Shown: positions 13,070-26,700 of the stretch, piece by piece
Layout of the letters: each line of letters starts with the position of its first letter
Numbering within the stretch: position 1 is the first letter of the stretch
Notes under the pieces: model-generated
What the model saw: the letters and a program-made list of their open reading frames with translations, nothing else
What the model was told of the DNA's origin: nothing
Database searches by the model: none
Assembly (NCBI RefSeq): GCF_032118995.1
Contig: NC_092652.1
Location: 15,688,336-15,752,335 of the forward strand
Source of the DNA: Asterias amurensis
Taxonomy: Eukaryota
Length of the DNA stretch: 64,000 bases
Direction: 5' to 3'
Position numbers and translations under genes: made by a program

Positions 13070-13720
13070 GTTGCACATCACATGACTGGTTCGCTTGACC
13101 AATACAAATACAGGATCTATAACAGTTTTTGGAAGCACATCATGGATTGGTTCTTGACAAAGAAATTCACAATCTATTACTGTCTTTGTAGCATACCACA
13201 TGATTGGTTCTTGACCAATAAAAATTCACAATCTATAACGGTCTTTGTAGCATATCACATGACTGGTTCTCGACCAATAAAATTCACAATCTATTACGGT
13301 CTTTGTAGCATATCACATGATTGGTTCTTGACCAATAAAATTCACAATCTATTACGGTCTTTGTAGCATATCACGTGATCGGTTCTTGACCAATAAAAGT
13401 TCACAATCTATTACGGTCGTTTGTGGCACATCAATCCTGTGATTGGTTCTTGACAAAGAAATTCACTATCTTTTACGGTCTTTTGTTGCATATCACGTGA
13501 TTAATTCTTGACCAATAAAAATACAGGATCTATTAGTCTTTTGTAGCATATCAAGTGACTGGTTCTTGACCAATAAAAGATCATTATCTATAATGGTTGT
13601 TTTTGGCACATCACATGATTGGTTCTTGACAAAGAAATTCACAATCTTTTATGGTCTTTTGAAGTATTTCAAGTGATTTCTTTTTTTTTACCATTAAAAA
13701 TACAGAATCTATACTGTTTG
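13070..13720. repeat. Minisatellite, ~62-bp unit x ~10 (catgattggttcttgaccaataaaattcacaatctattacggtctttgtagcatatcac)
   Basis: tandem array visible directly; ORF 13031..13366 is an artefact. Confidence 0.9.
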
Positions 13721-13756
13721 TAAAACAAACATAATTTGGTTACTGAACTCATGTCA

Positions 13757-14002
<246 letters not shown>

Positions 14003-14332
14003 TCAAATTGTATCATGACAAATGTAAGTCAACTGCACCAATAAATTATCTAAACACTTACAAATGGTCAGATATATCGGAAACTCAAATAGTATGCTCA
14101 AAATTAAGTAATTAATCCGATGCACAGTTGCCTTCTGCGCATTTTGAGACGCCCTTCTCCTCATTAAACCCAAGTCTCGACAATCCTGGGTGACAGGTCT
14201 TTTTCCTCAGCTGCGCCACGCATCTGGAACTCTCTACCCGTTAACCTTAGATCTTGTCTTTGTACCACAAAATTAAAATTTCTTCTCAAAACTAGTGCTA
14301 GGTATAAAAGAACTAGTTCAAATGATAAGTCA

Positions 14333-14464
<132 letters not shown>

Positions 14465-15253
14465 TCAGACACAGACTATTCATTTTGGTTTTTACCCATA
14501 CACCGAGTCCTGTGAAAAAATATCACAGGCATGTTACTCGGGTGGGATTCGAACCCACGACCCTTGCAATTCGAGAGCAGTGTCTTACCAACTAGGCTAC
14601 CGAGGTTGCCTGGCAGCCAGAGGCAGTTCGAATCCTATGTTTACCGCAACGATATAATAGATGTTAAATTTGCATCGGGGATAGGACATTGGGGGGGGGG
14701 GACATTACATGACAAGAATCTTTGGTGACCCATATCAAATTAATGTTAGCCAAATGTCTGGCACCCTTGAACAAAGATCTAGCACACAACTTCGTGTGAC
14801 AAGGGTGATTTTTCTTTCATTATTATCTCGCAACTTCAACGACAAATGGAGCTCAAATTTTCACAGTTTTTGTTTGTTTCATGCATATGTTGAGATACAC
14901 CAAGTGAGAAGACTGGTATTTGACAGTTACCAATAGTTTCCAGTGTCTTCAACCATCCATCCTGATTGCATTTATATCAAGTAAGAGTAGGCAGCTTACA
15001 GAAGGTCGAAAGCTAGAATTGCTTCAAACCGTGGAAGATCTTCTCTTATCAGAAGAGGTTGATCAGCTGCCAACCCTAAACTGGGAGGAGCCCAGTTTAG
15101 CCAAACACCTGGAGGTGAGTTTGTAGGCGGCAATGGCAACTATTCAACGTGTGATTCATACTTCGGTATGCCCACAGATTAAGGTATAGTCCGTAAAGGA
15201 TTCGGGCGGTTTTTCAAAATGGCCACAGGTTCACAACAACACGCATAACTTAC

Positions 15254-15333
15254 CATTTGTGACATGTCTAATGATACAATCATGCGTTTCTCTTCGGCCG
15301 GACACTGAACCGACTTGGTCACATTTGTTCCAC
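15254..15333 (-). CDS. AGPS: AGPS exon 8 (GGTNVTKSVQCPAEEKRMIVSLDMSQM)
   Basis: matches human [27 protein letters not shown]; donor ATG|gtaagt; verified against ORF 15179..15394. Confidence 0.9.
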
Positions 15334-15450
15334 CTAAAAGAACAAGTATAGATTCATAGTGGGAGTGATCATTTCTAATTCTACAATTTTTCACTTTTTG
15401 TAATTATTAATTCTGGTGGTGAATCCAAAGATTCTCAGAAAAGAGAACTT

Positions 15451-15832
15451 AAAGGCATTGTACACGATTGGTAATTGTCAAAGACCAGTGTTCTCACTTG
15501 GTGTATCCCATCATAAGCATAAAATAACAAGCCTGTGAAAATTTGGGCTCAATTGGTGTTCTAAGTTGCGAGAAAATGATGAAAGAAAAAACACCCAAAC
15601 ACCCTTGATGGACGAATTTGTGTGCTTTCAGATAGGAATAAAAGACTTCTAGCTAGAAGTCTTTTATTATTTTAGTGAGAAATTACCTCTCTCTCAAAAT
15701 CTATGTTAGTTCAGAGGGAGTCGTTTCCCACAATGTTTTATACTATCAACAGCTCCCCAATGCTCATTACCAAGTCAGTTTTTAAGTTAATATTTGTTTT
15801 CAACAATTACCAAACGTGTACCTTCCCTTTAA
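15451..15832 (+). mobile_element. MITE family A copy (full length)
   Basis: aaaggcattgtacacgattggtaattgtc ... caattaccaaacgtgtaccttccctttaa. Confidence 0.85.
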
Positions 15833-16390
15833 TCACTGTACAAGCCATGAACCCCATAAAGAGAATACATTAACAACCCTGAGAAATTACTCCAGCAGGA
15901 TTCGAACAGGGGACCTACAGGTAGAAAGCGAGGAAAGAAACCACTGGCAACCTGACCCCCTCATTGTATAATTCAATCAAGTTTTACTGCTTCTTCAAAG
16001 ACTATGAAACCCGACACTTGTGTTTTGGGTATACACCCAGGGGTATAAATGGGTACCTGCAATGATAGGGGTTGATAATGTGTTTAAATACGCCTTTGGA
16101 GTGTCACGGCAGCTCAGGCTGTATACTCCTAAAGGAGCTGAGAAATGTGAAAGGGATGTTTTTATTTGACCAATGACCAGGGCACCAATGTAAAGCACAT
16201 TGTTGTTTAACACTCTATAAGAACAAGTTATTATTATATTATTCAAGGAAAAGGTCCAAACTGACAGTTACTTATCTGACTTCATTTCAGGTTTTTATCA
16301 ATATGCAAATATTATTGCATAGAGGTATCAAAATTCCGGTTTCTTGATGATTTTGTTGACGTGAAAAACATGAAAATAGTTTGTACAAAC

Positions 16391-16462
16391 CTCCAAAAGG
16401 AATGACGCAGACATTGTGCTTGCAAGCTAACTCCACTATCTTTACTACACTGTCATGGCCAG
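16391..16462 (-). CDS. AGPS: AGPS exon 7 (TGHDSVVKIVELACKHNVCVIPFG-)
   Basis: matches human [25 protein letters not shown]; coordinates verified against ORF 16287..16475. Confidence 0.9.
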
Positions 16463-17517
16463 CTGTCAAACACAAAGAAAGGCAAAACCAACATGATTAA
16501 TATCACAATATTCTTGCATGTTGAAACTAGACAGCGAAGCTGCCATGGCGAGCTTTCGAATGCCGGATAGACCCAATGACTGACAGAAAAACCAATTATT
16601 TGATCAGCTGATGGTCAAAAGGGTGGAGACATTGACAAGTATGAAGTAATGACCATTCTAGGTTTACACTGTTTTAGCTCATTCAACTGGGATGGAACCA
16701 ATGATAAACTCGTTTAAACGCATACTGCTAAAGCAGCTCGCCAAAAATCAACTGTCATTTGCTCTTAACCTACATCGTACCAGTGCACTGTTTGAAACTG
16801 TTTGCCTGTTTGCCCGTTTCAAAAATGTCAATAGTTCGGAATCAACTGAAATGAAACCACTCAAACTAATCTAATTATTTATTTTGTCATAAGGGTGTAG
16901 TTTATTTTGTCAAAATTAATTCCTGGAAAAACTTATACCCATTTTTTTATTTTTTAAGAGGTGTTTTTTTTCCCCACCCGTTGGCTGTGCCCTGCATGGG
17001 TTCCCAGCAAAGACCCATAAAAATGAACAGTGAAAACAACACTGAAGTACCGGTGCCTCAGAAGACCGGTCCAAGCTGTGCTGTAAACTACGTCATAACA
17101 CGGACTGGATGAAAGTTGTGTAAGTTTGTTGCTATGCATTTTTTATTGTCTTTATTGGACCAAATCCATAGTGTGAGGTCACAATGCTGTTTTGATTCTT
17201 AGCCCATTAGTGGGTTTTCATGAAACTTTTGCCTATTATGAAACGAATGAAAATGTTGGTTTTTAGGGAAAATGTTTTATTGAGTTTTACTCAATTACAT
17301 GTAGTTATTACAATCTCAACTACCTTTCCGTATCAAAAGAACAATAATTTCATTTAAGTTGATTTTAAATAAAATCAGTTAACATAAAAGAGTTCCTTAA
17401 GTCAAAATTCAATTTGTAAAAAAGGTCTATTGTTTTGGTCAGTTGTCTTGTCTGTAGTGATAATTCCAAATGTATTTTTATATTTAAAAGAAACAGTTTC
17501 TTTTTAACGTATTTTTA

Positions 17518-18041
<524 letters not shown>

Positions 18042-18695
18042 TTACAATGATAAACTAAGGGAATCAAATGTGTGTTGAAGAGGTTTTCAACAAATGGTTT
18101 AATCCCAACGAGGCCTAGTTCTTGATAGTTTTACCGAGACGAATTCGAGGTAAATTATCAAGAACCAGGCCTCGACGGGTTTAAACCACTAGTTGAAAAC
18201 CGATTCAACACACTTTGATTCCCATTCATAAATACCTTTTCGGTCAAAAAACATCAACACTTTTGGTCAAAAAGTTAAATAAATACAAAAATTAGGCAAC
18301 GGTGCAGACTGGCGGTACCACAGGTTCTGTCTAAAGAGATCTAATCCCGCTCGTTAATTGGCCGTCCAGCTGGAGGTCTCCTATCTTTTTCCACTGGTCA
18401 GACAGGGGCTTTGTCAGGGTATTTTTTTGTTACTCTGCGGTTTTGCGGGTCGTTCAAGCTCCTCCTCTTCCTTCCTCCATGGTAACAAGTATAGATTTGG
18501 CAACCGGAACACCATGGACCAGGGACACAGAGTGAAAGTGAGCCAGGGTAACTGTGGGGTAAAAAAGGGTCCTGGGGCCTCCCTTGGGGCTGCATTCCAC
18601 CGGGGATAAGAGCTATAGAGTATTATTACTCATTTGTCGTAGTCCAAAAGAACAGTTTACTTTGCAATGTTTGAGTTGAACAGAAATCATGATTA

Positions 18696-18816
18696 CCATG
18701 GGCACGGAATAGTCTGTCCTGGGGATCGAATGAAAATGACACTCCAGCACGCTGAATAGCAGCAACAAAGTCTTCATTGCGTATCACATTAGGTATGTTC
18801 TCTGGACGTATTTCTT
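18696..18816 (-). CDS. AGPS: AGPS exon 5 (EEIRPENIPNVIRNEDFVAAIQRAGVSFSFDPQDRLFRAH-)
   Basis: matches human [28 protein letters not shown]; donor CATG|gtaatc. Confidence 0.85.
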
Positions 18817-19489
18817 CCTAGTATTGAAAAACAAATCAAAATGTTTTAAAGAATTATTATATTATAAGAAGATTCATTTCAATAGAAGACAAATAATAGG
18901 ATTCATTTGACAGCTGAATTGACTTGTGAAATGGTATAGACCCATTGCACAATGCGCAGCGCACCTATACATTCCCAGTTGTATGCCATTTTCAGAATCA
19001 AAATCGAGCACAAACATTCTTAGAAGATTTGACTACCAAAATGATGGAAATGGTAGACACAGATTGTTCATGAGGAAGTGGTCTACATAAATCAATAGAT
19101 CCCTTACATTATAACATGAAATGGCGCTCAGTAATCTTTGCTTAGCATCTAGTTCTTGCAAAAGGATTGAAAGATTGACAAAAACAGACCAGGTATCAAA
19201 TAATGAACCACAAGGGAATGTGAAATGATTTGGGGTTGAACATAAAACAAGTGAAGAGCGGGACTTGAACCAATGACCTCCAGATTAACATCGGTGCTCT
19301 TCTAACTGACCTGTCTAGCCCTATTTTTTCATAACTCTGTTCAGGGGTGTCAGTCAGAAGCAAAACAACTGTTAACTGTCACATAACCAGGGATCACACC
19401 CACATGTAACCAGGGGTCACACCCAATTTCAAATAAGTCTACGTGTTCATTCAAGGATTTGGGATTTTTTTGTAACACAACAAATTATG

Positions 19490-19860
19490 TCCACAGATTT
19501 ACATTAAACTTACACAGTTTGAAGATAATTATAGTAGAAAGCTTCCCTGAAAATATTACTTGCTGAGCTGCTGTAGTTTTTGAGAAATGAGTAAAACAAT
19601 GTCACAAAAATAATTTTTGTCTCAGATTTAGCACGTAAAACGTGTTTACCAGTTATGGTATAATTATTGCCAATTGGTAACTACGTTTTTACATGTTAAA
19701 ATAATTTTAATTTCACTGAGACGAAAAGTACTTGCTTCTCTTGTTTTACTAATTTCTTAAAAACTACAGCACCTCAACAAGTAATATTTCAAGGGAAACT
19801 TTCTACTATCATTATCTTCAAACAGTATATTTAATGTAAATCTGTGGACATTGTGTTTTG
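19490..19860. mobile_element. Foldback family E: ~370 bp palindrome (ccacagatttacattaaacttacacagtttgaagataat...)
   Basis: the two arms are reverse complements; half-copies at 10800-11040 and 51440-51600. Confidence 0.75.
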
Positions 19861-20794
19861 TGTCCTACACAAATTACCCAGACCCTCTAACATTGGAACA
19901 CATATTTGGGTGGTTTTAGGTAGACCTATTAAGACCTAAGCTAAAGTAGTAGTCCAGTCTAATTTCTAGACCATCCGCCCTGGTAATAGTTATAAAAGCA
20001 GGACAGTTCTTTTCAGAACTGAGAAGTCTCCCGAACCTCCGATTATCTACTCCTCGGCAGTAGAATAAGCAAGACAGTTCCCTAAGAACAACTCTACCTG
20101 GCAAGTAGATACACACATGGTGTTACCGCAAACCAAATATACATTGATACCCCACCATGCAATGCCTCAAATCCTATAGGTAGACCTACTCAACAAAAGT
20201 TAAAGCCATTGAAAAAACTGCTTACATGACAAATGCAAAGTGTCCCTCTATTTTTCTTTGAACTGTTTTGCAACACCAACTGTTTAAACCCATTAGATTG
20301 AAGTTATGAAATGTTGTCATCCTGAACGATCTTATAACCTGAAGTTAATCCGGTAAAATAAACTAATCACTTATCTTTTTATGCAATGTATAAATTACCA
20401 AACACTTAACACTTTGTATTGTGTAAGCACTTTTCTGGTAATATGGAAGTAAACAATGGATTTAATTGAATTAAATAACGTTGATTCTGTTTAATCTAAT
20501 CATTATTTTTTTACAGTATTATCAACTCGCTGATAAATAAACTCTTAAGATACATCTAAAAAAAAACTAACTTATGAAGATTTAATCAAATTTTCATTCA
20601 TGGCCTTGCTTCACCCAGGTTTTTTTTTGCTCTAAGCGGTTATAAGCAAGCAAAAAGGGTTCTTCAAGCCCCAATTTTCTTCTAAGCACAGTGTTTAAGC
20701 ACAGCGCAAAGTGCAACATCATTGCAATACGCTGTTAGTGTGCAGCTAAAAAATAACTCTACAAACGTAGCCATTCAGTCTTGATTTTTGGGGT

Positions 20795-21065
20795 TGAACA
20801 AAGAATTGACTAGAGTGGGATTCGAACCAATGACCTCCGGATTAACGTGCCGGTGCTCTACCAACTGAGCTATCTAGCCCTATATTGGCGGTGTCCCTAT
20901 TTTGCTGCCAGTCAGAAGCCATACAATTAACTGCCGTGATAGCTCAGTTGGTAGAGCACCGGCGCGTTCATCAAGAGGTCGTTGGTTAGAATCCCACTCT
21001 AGTCAATTCTTTGTTCAACCCCAAAAATCATTTCAAATTTTACCCAGTCAGTTTCCCTTGTAGTT
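20795..21065. mobile_element. Inverted pair of tRNA-like SINE heads (tagctcagttggtagagcaccgg...ggttcgaatccc) with tail ttctttgttcaaccccaaaaatca
   Basis: I rejected these as true tRNA genes: the anticodon and T stems are not properly complementary; related copies at 19245-19325 and 60640-60900 (another inverted pair). Confidence 0.65.
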
Positions 21066-21129
21066 TATATTGATATCATTCGATATTGACCTACATATAT
21101 GATCATGATATACACCCTAACCCATCATC

Positions 21130-21545
21130 AGCCATTGAACATTTTAAAGCCATTGGACACTTTCGGAACAGATAAAAAATAAAAGAAATCACAGATTTAC
21201 AAATAACCTACAGTGTACAGGGTTTACAGAAGGGAATGGTGAAAGACTTCTCTTGAAACATTATTCCATGAAATGCTTTACTTTTTGTGAAAACATTAAA
21301 ACAATTATCAATTCTCAATATCGAGAACTACGGATTTATCTCAAACACATGTCATGACACGACAAAACATGCGGAAACAAGGGTGGGTTTTCCCGTTATT
21401 TTCTCCCGGCTCCGATGACCGATTGAGCCTAAATTTTCACAGGTTTGTTATTTTATATATAAGTTGTCATGTGATACATGAAGTGTGGGCCTTTGGACAA
21501 TCTGTTTACCGAAAGTGTCTAATGGCTTTAGGACAGGTGACACTA
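21130..21545 (+). mobile_element. MITE sub-family A' (TIR aaagccattggacactttcgg...ccgaaagtgtctaatggcttt)
   Basis: a second copy at 57775-58160 in inverted orientation; shares the internal ccgattgagcctaaattttcacagg motif with family A. Confidence 0.8.
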
Positions 21546-22997
21546 AAGGAATTCCACTTTGTGACAGAAATTAAGACTTTCTTCACAGTTACAGAACTTG
21601 ACAGCCTCATAATTCTCCAGACATGTTCCTGTAGGACTATGACCGCAGTAAATCACCCCACTGAATGAAAGATGTTATCTAGTTTGCTCCGTAATCAATG
21701 AGATTTCCCAAGTGCCGCTTTGTTACAGTTACATGCAAAACAGCCATTGTCTGATCAATGCAATCTACATGTTTACAGATGACACAAAATTTATCAATCC
21801 TTTTGACAAACAGATAATACTTTGACCTCAGAGCACACAGAGTGACGATTATTGCACTTTGATCTGACAGTCCGAATTCCAAATTGTGAAACTGTCAGAT
21901 ATCTTTAAAAAATACATTTTGTGTACTATGTACCAGGCTGGTAAATGTATCTTCATTAGACCATGTATCTTTAAGTCGCCATCTTGTAGGGCAAACCGTA
22001 TGCGCGTCTAAACGTGTACATCAAAGAAACACGCAGCATGCAGCATTCCTGGTTTGATTTCAATGGCACAAGCACGCACACACAAACGCACACACACATG
22101 CACACGCTCACTGACGCCATTTTGTAGGGCAGATATTTGAACGGTGATGTCATATTCAATACAGTCTATTGAATAAATTAGCGTGGTTCAAAAATTAAAC
22201 ATTCCCACAATTGTTACAAACTGTGCACTAGGAGGAGGGGGTTGAAATCAGACGTAACCTTTTTCAGTTTTACAATCTAAAAACCCTGTAAAAAGACAAT
22301 TTACTAATAATAAATTCAACCCATAAATCATGCACCCTTGGTCTCAATATCTGTGCAGATTTAATGATCAGCCTTATGACAAAAGCCTTATGACAAATTG
22401 GAATGTCGGGGCGACATCATCGCCACAAACTAACTTTTACCACATCCATTTTTAAACAATAATTGCATTGTCATAAAGTCAAACTTATTTGAGTCAATTC
22501 TTAAACTCTCAATTAATTTTTGTGCAAGTCAAGGCAAGCCTCAAGTTAAATTCCCTCAAGTCAAGTCAAGACACATGTCATTTTTTTACCGACCAACGTC
22601 AATGCAAGTTACAAGTTATTTTTCCCCAAGTCAAGTCAAGTCGCAAGACAATGAAATTGGCGGCTCGAGTCCAAGTCAGAGACGCGAGTCAACAACACTT
22701 GTTCTGCTGGCTTGTCATTAACAAACTTAAGGGCAAACCCTGCAAGGGCAAAACAAATCTGAAATCAAAGTAAAGTGGAAAGCATAAAGCACGGTTCAAA
22801 CTTCCTGCGAATGCGCGATAAGAATGTTGAGGTCACAAATTCGCAACGAATAATTCGCAGAATTTGAGTTGTGCTCAACTCTCTTGCGAATGTAGCAGCG
22901 AAAAACCTAGTTGTGATGTCAAATTCACGTAAAATTTGCATCACATTCGCATTCGCAGGAAGTATGAACCGGGCTTTATACTTGCTTAAAGCCTCAC

Positions 22998-23085
22998 CTG
23001 TGGATCTACTTTCATGTCGGTATTAATTCCCTCTATTGATTCTATCCATGCTTTAAAGTGCGGCAATTCACCAGCAATGTTGTAC
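22998..23085 (-). CDS. AGPS: AGPS exon 4 (RYNIAGELPHFKAWIESIEGINTDMKVDPQ)
   Basis: matches human [26 protein letters not shown]; acceptor tttcag, donor CAG|gtgagg. Confidence 0.85.
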
Positions 23086-23953
23086 CTGAAACGAATAAAG
23101 AGTGCATACATGTACTCTTTTATGTCTGTCAAAACAACAATTTCAGAGCTCTTGCAGGAAAATAAGAGTGGACAGCATTACAAACAGTTGTTCCCTTATC
23201 TGATATACGTCTGTAGATGCAAACACAAATTTTTAAATAAATAATGAAACTAGTTCCAAACACATGGAAAAAAGGTCCATCAATTTTCATTGTTCAACTT
23301 ACATGTGGTCCCTGTAGGGAAATTTTTCAGAAAAAGGAATAATCATGATAATATTTGGAACAGTGGCAAGTCCGCACAACTGTTTGTGCAAAAGACTGAA
23401 CGGCTGACGTACAAACTAATGCATGGTGAAATACATCGCTTGATGAAAAATTTTAACTTAAATAATTTCAATCTGCAAATTAATGACACACTGGACTGTC
23501 TTCCATTATGTTGCTTTTAAGGCCCTTGTTCATTATGACATTATGCATGGCTAAATTAACCCTCCAGTTGAATGTTGAATCATTATTGTATTAGTAGAGT
23601 TGATTCCAGATAGATGAGAAGTCTCCCAACGATGACTAGAGCAAGCTAGTCGAAACATTGAGACCAATTCAAGAACTGACTCCGCAGCAGTGCAGTAAAT
23701 TACAATCCTATGGCTTAAGTACATAGTATTCCCAGCCAATTCTCTATACCTTCCGCCCGGGTAGCAGTTAAAACGCCGGACAGTTCTTTTCAGAACTGAG
23801 AAGTCTCCCGAACATCCGGTAAATCTACTACGCGATAGTAGAATAAAGAAAGACAGCTCTCTAAGAACAAACTCTACCAGGCGAGTAGATACACACATGG
23901 TGTTCCGACAAACCAAGTATAAATAGATGAGACAAGCTACATTTAATAAATAC

Positions 23954-24043
23954 CTGCTTCCAGTGAAAGAGAAGTTACTGGTGTCGTCAATCTCAAACTT
24001 TGAATCTCTATAACCCCATCCATTCCACTTTAATACCTCCTGC
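23954..24043 (-). CDS. AGPS: AGPS exon 3 (RQEVLKWNGWGYRDSKFEIDDTSNFSFTGS-)
   Basis: matches human RQEVMKWNGWGYNDSKF...; acceptor ttacag, donor AG|gtattt; coordinates cross-checked against ORF 23551..24114 frame. Confidence 0.9.
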
Positions 24044-24525
24044 CTGTAAACAAAAAGTATTTCAGCAAATCTTAAACCATAGATAACCATTAATAAGAAA
24101 AATAAAACACACATTAAACCCCTTACCCCTTGGTTTACACTTACTTGGATTCTTCCTCAGTCTGACGAAATCCACTGTTTGGTAACTCAACACCCAAACT
24201 TTTGCTCAACTTTTTACTGGACCATAATTATTCTTTAAAACAAGATCAGGGGCCGATTTCAAGATTTATCGTATCTGCACATTAATTGTTGTTGCTTAGT
24301 AAAGTGTGATGTCACACAATACAAATCACTATGGTAAAACTGACAATTTGTCTTACGATGGAGTGATTTGCTTTGTGAAATCGACCCAATAGCAGTTTAA
24401 AATGTCAACTCTTTTTATTTGAACAAGACAGGTTTTTACTCAATCTGCCTGGCTAGTGTTAATCCTCTGTGACGAAACAAACATACGTTATTTGTTAGCA
24501 AATTTATAAACTTGATAATTGTTAC

Positions 24526-24608
24526 CTTCGTTTGGGAATGCGAACTCTCTTCTCTTGTACCGAGCTGGCACTGCATTCATTCAGCTGTATGGGACCTTGA
24601 GTTGTAAC
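24526..24608 (-). CDS. AGPS: AGPS exon 2 (VTTQGPIQLNECSASSVQEKRVRIPKR-)
   Basis: acceptor tttcttgcag, donor AAG|gtaaca; matches human ...LSTNECKA...IPKKRQ. Confidence 0.8.
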
Positions 24609-25035
24609 CTGCAAGAAATTAGATTCAACAAAATATCACATCATTAGGTGTCTTTCTGAGTTGTCTAGTGGTATAAAACCAAGAGTGGAAATGAGTCCTT
24701 GAGAAACACCATTATAAAACCATAACTGCTCTGTCCTTGTTATCGAACATAAAGAACTATTGTAATGTGGTGTTGTGTAACCCTCATCAAGGATCCCAGA
24801 TTGTTTGGTATAAAAAGAAGGTGCTCTTCCAATTGATTCTGGCAAGGTCCGGCATCAAGTTATGTAACCTCACCTTGCATTTCTTTGAGGCATTAAAAAA
24901 ACATAATAAAATAATTCTGAATCCGTTTATTTGGAATTGAATATAACGACAAATTGATCAGAGCAAGATTAGAGCCAACAAACTCTACAACCAGCTGGCA
25001 CTCCACTCCACAGTAAGCTCAGCATTGGTCCATAT

Positions 25036-25250
25036 AGACGATGTGACCTATGTTTACATTTAAACCGCGCTCTGTTGAAAAAACGATGTACACGTATACG
25101 TCATGTTTCGCCGAACAAAAAGACATGTAGTCATGGTAAGATTGCATACACTTTTTAGCTGGCTGCCAAAACACAAAGGTTTTGCCCGGCGGTATGCGCG
25201 CGAATCATGTTATGGTTTTGGTGTGACATCAGAGGTCACATCGTCTATAA
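25036..25250. mobile_element. Small element bounded by a perfect 15-bp inverted repeat (tagacgatgtgacct ... aggtcacatcgtcta)
   Basis: perfect terminal inverted repeats ~200 bp apart in AGPS intron 1. Confidence 0.5.
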
Positions 25251-25539
25251 TCGTCTCTGAAAAAAAAAAGGTGCAATAAATGATAAACTCCCACCGTTAT
25301 TACGGCGACCGCCATATTGTCACTGGATGGTGAAGATTCTGAATATTTAATCACTTCTTGCAAATTGTTTTCTTGCGGAATGGAATTTCTGGACCCACTG
25401 GAGCTTAATGAAAGTACAAAGAACACAGATTGACATATAGAGCCTATAATATCTATAAAATATTGGTGAGATTCGGTTTCTTAAAAAATTGAACAGGTTC
25501 TATAATTGTGACTGGCAACAAAGTTTGTACATGGTGACC

Positions 25540-26700
25540 TACACTAGAAACTATAAGGCGCCTTAAATCTACATCAACGAGGTTCCTGGAGACTACCCCT
25601 AGAACTATGAGGCTTGTTCCGCTATCGCCTCCGCTATCGCCACAGAGCCGTTTGCGAACGAACGTCATAATCATAGTTCTAGGGTAGTCACCTGGAGACG
25701 ACAGGGGTTGTTCTAAAACCCCCTCGACCCACGAACCTCGACTTTTGTGCTTTTTTTCTTTTCTGTACACCAAAATTGCCACAGTTCACATTATTTTATT
25801 TATTTTAAATCTACGGACATAATTCTTTGTTGGCAGGGGCCGTCCAGGGTAAGGCAAAAGTTTTAAAAAAAACTGTCATCAAAGCGATGTGCCCTCTCGG
25901 ACCCCTCCAACAAAAAAAATACATGTTTATAAAAACCAGCCAATCACGCACACAATTTTATATGCTGACGTCGACTATACTTCTTCCATACCTCGCCATC
26001 ACAGCTAAGCGTACGAGACACACCATACACGAAGCAAACTGCGCATGATTGGCTGGGTTTGGGTCCTGTGGCAATTTTGATGTACAATGTACAGAAGAAA
26101 AAAAATCGCGGCATTACCACGCATATCTCTTGGTCGACCCAAGCCTGTATAAATAAAGATTATATCCAAACTGGGAACCTGGGTTTACCGCCTGAGTATG
26201 ATTACGTGGCCAACTCCATGAACTCAGACAGGCAGATATTCGGCTGATTGCTCCCGTCCTGTGTACTTTGCTCTATGCGTAGCTCGAGGTTGTAGACCCA
26301 ACCGACCAAATGGCCCATAGGTGTTTTGGGGTTGTTGTCTGCCACACCCGCGGCCACACAGGGGGACTACACTGCTCGTACTGCCCGTACGGCCAACGAG
26401 AGCAGGATTTGTGTGCACATGACGTGCGGAAGTGAAGTAACTAAACTCCAATTATATGCAAAGTGGCCTCATTTGTCCTAGGGAAAATATGCAGACCATT
26501 TCATTTCGGATTTTGGTGTTGACACATAATGTTACATTGGACGGAAGTTGCGTCCCCTGTTCTTTAGATCACACACTGTGAGATCTAAATCGGGAACTTA
26601 ATTCCTGCTCGGCCGTTAATGAATTCGCAATTGGGACACACTTCAAATACAGCGCGGACGGCGAGGGGTCGTGGGGGTCGAGGTTTTTTTAGAACAAACT
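25540..26700. mobile_element. TIR-bounded ~1.1 kb element in AGPS intron 1
   Basis: termini tcgagg(ggg)ttttagaacaa...cgtctcc are inverted at 25690-25745 and 26645-26700; the inner palindrome ctggagactacccctagaactatga...tcataatcatagttctagggtagtcacctggag lies at 25575-25700. Confidence 0.5.

Noticed and set aside
12047-13366. Cluster of plus-strand ORFs with repeated peptide sequences (MISTLGSFTSRYTTHGTS...)
   Set aside because: They are artefacts of translating the 313-bp tandem SINE triplet and the adjacent 62-bp minisatellite.
14525-14640. Possible tRNA gene (perfect T-arm GTGGGTTCGAATCCCAC)
   Set aside because: D-stem and anticodon stem are not complementary and no CCA/acceptor pairing exists, so it is a tRNA-derived SINE head. 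The same holds for the copies at 20800-21010, 19245-19325 and 60640-60880.
23551-24114. 187-aa minus-strand ORF, the longest in this part of the window
   Set aside because: Only residues ~24-54 (RQEVLKWNGWGY...TGS) are AGPS exon 3; the rest is read-through into the intron and a dispersed repeat (related copies at 8590-8900 and 19915-20160).
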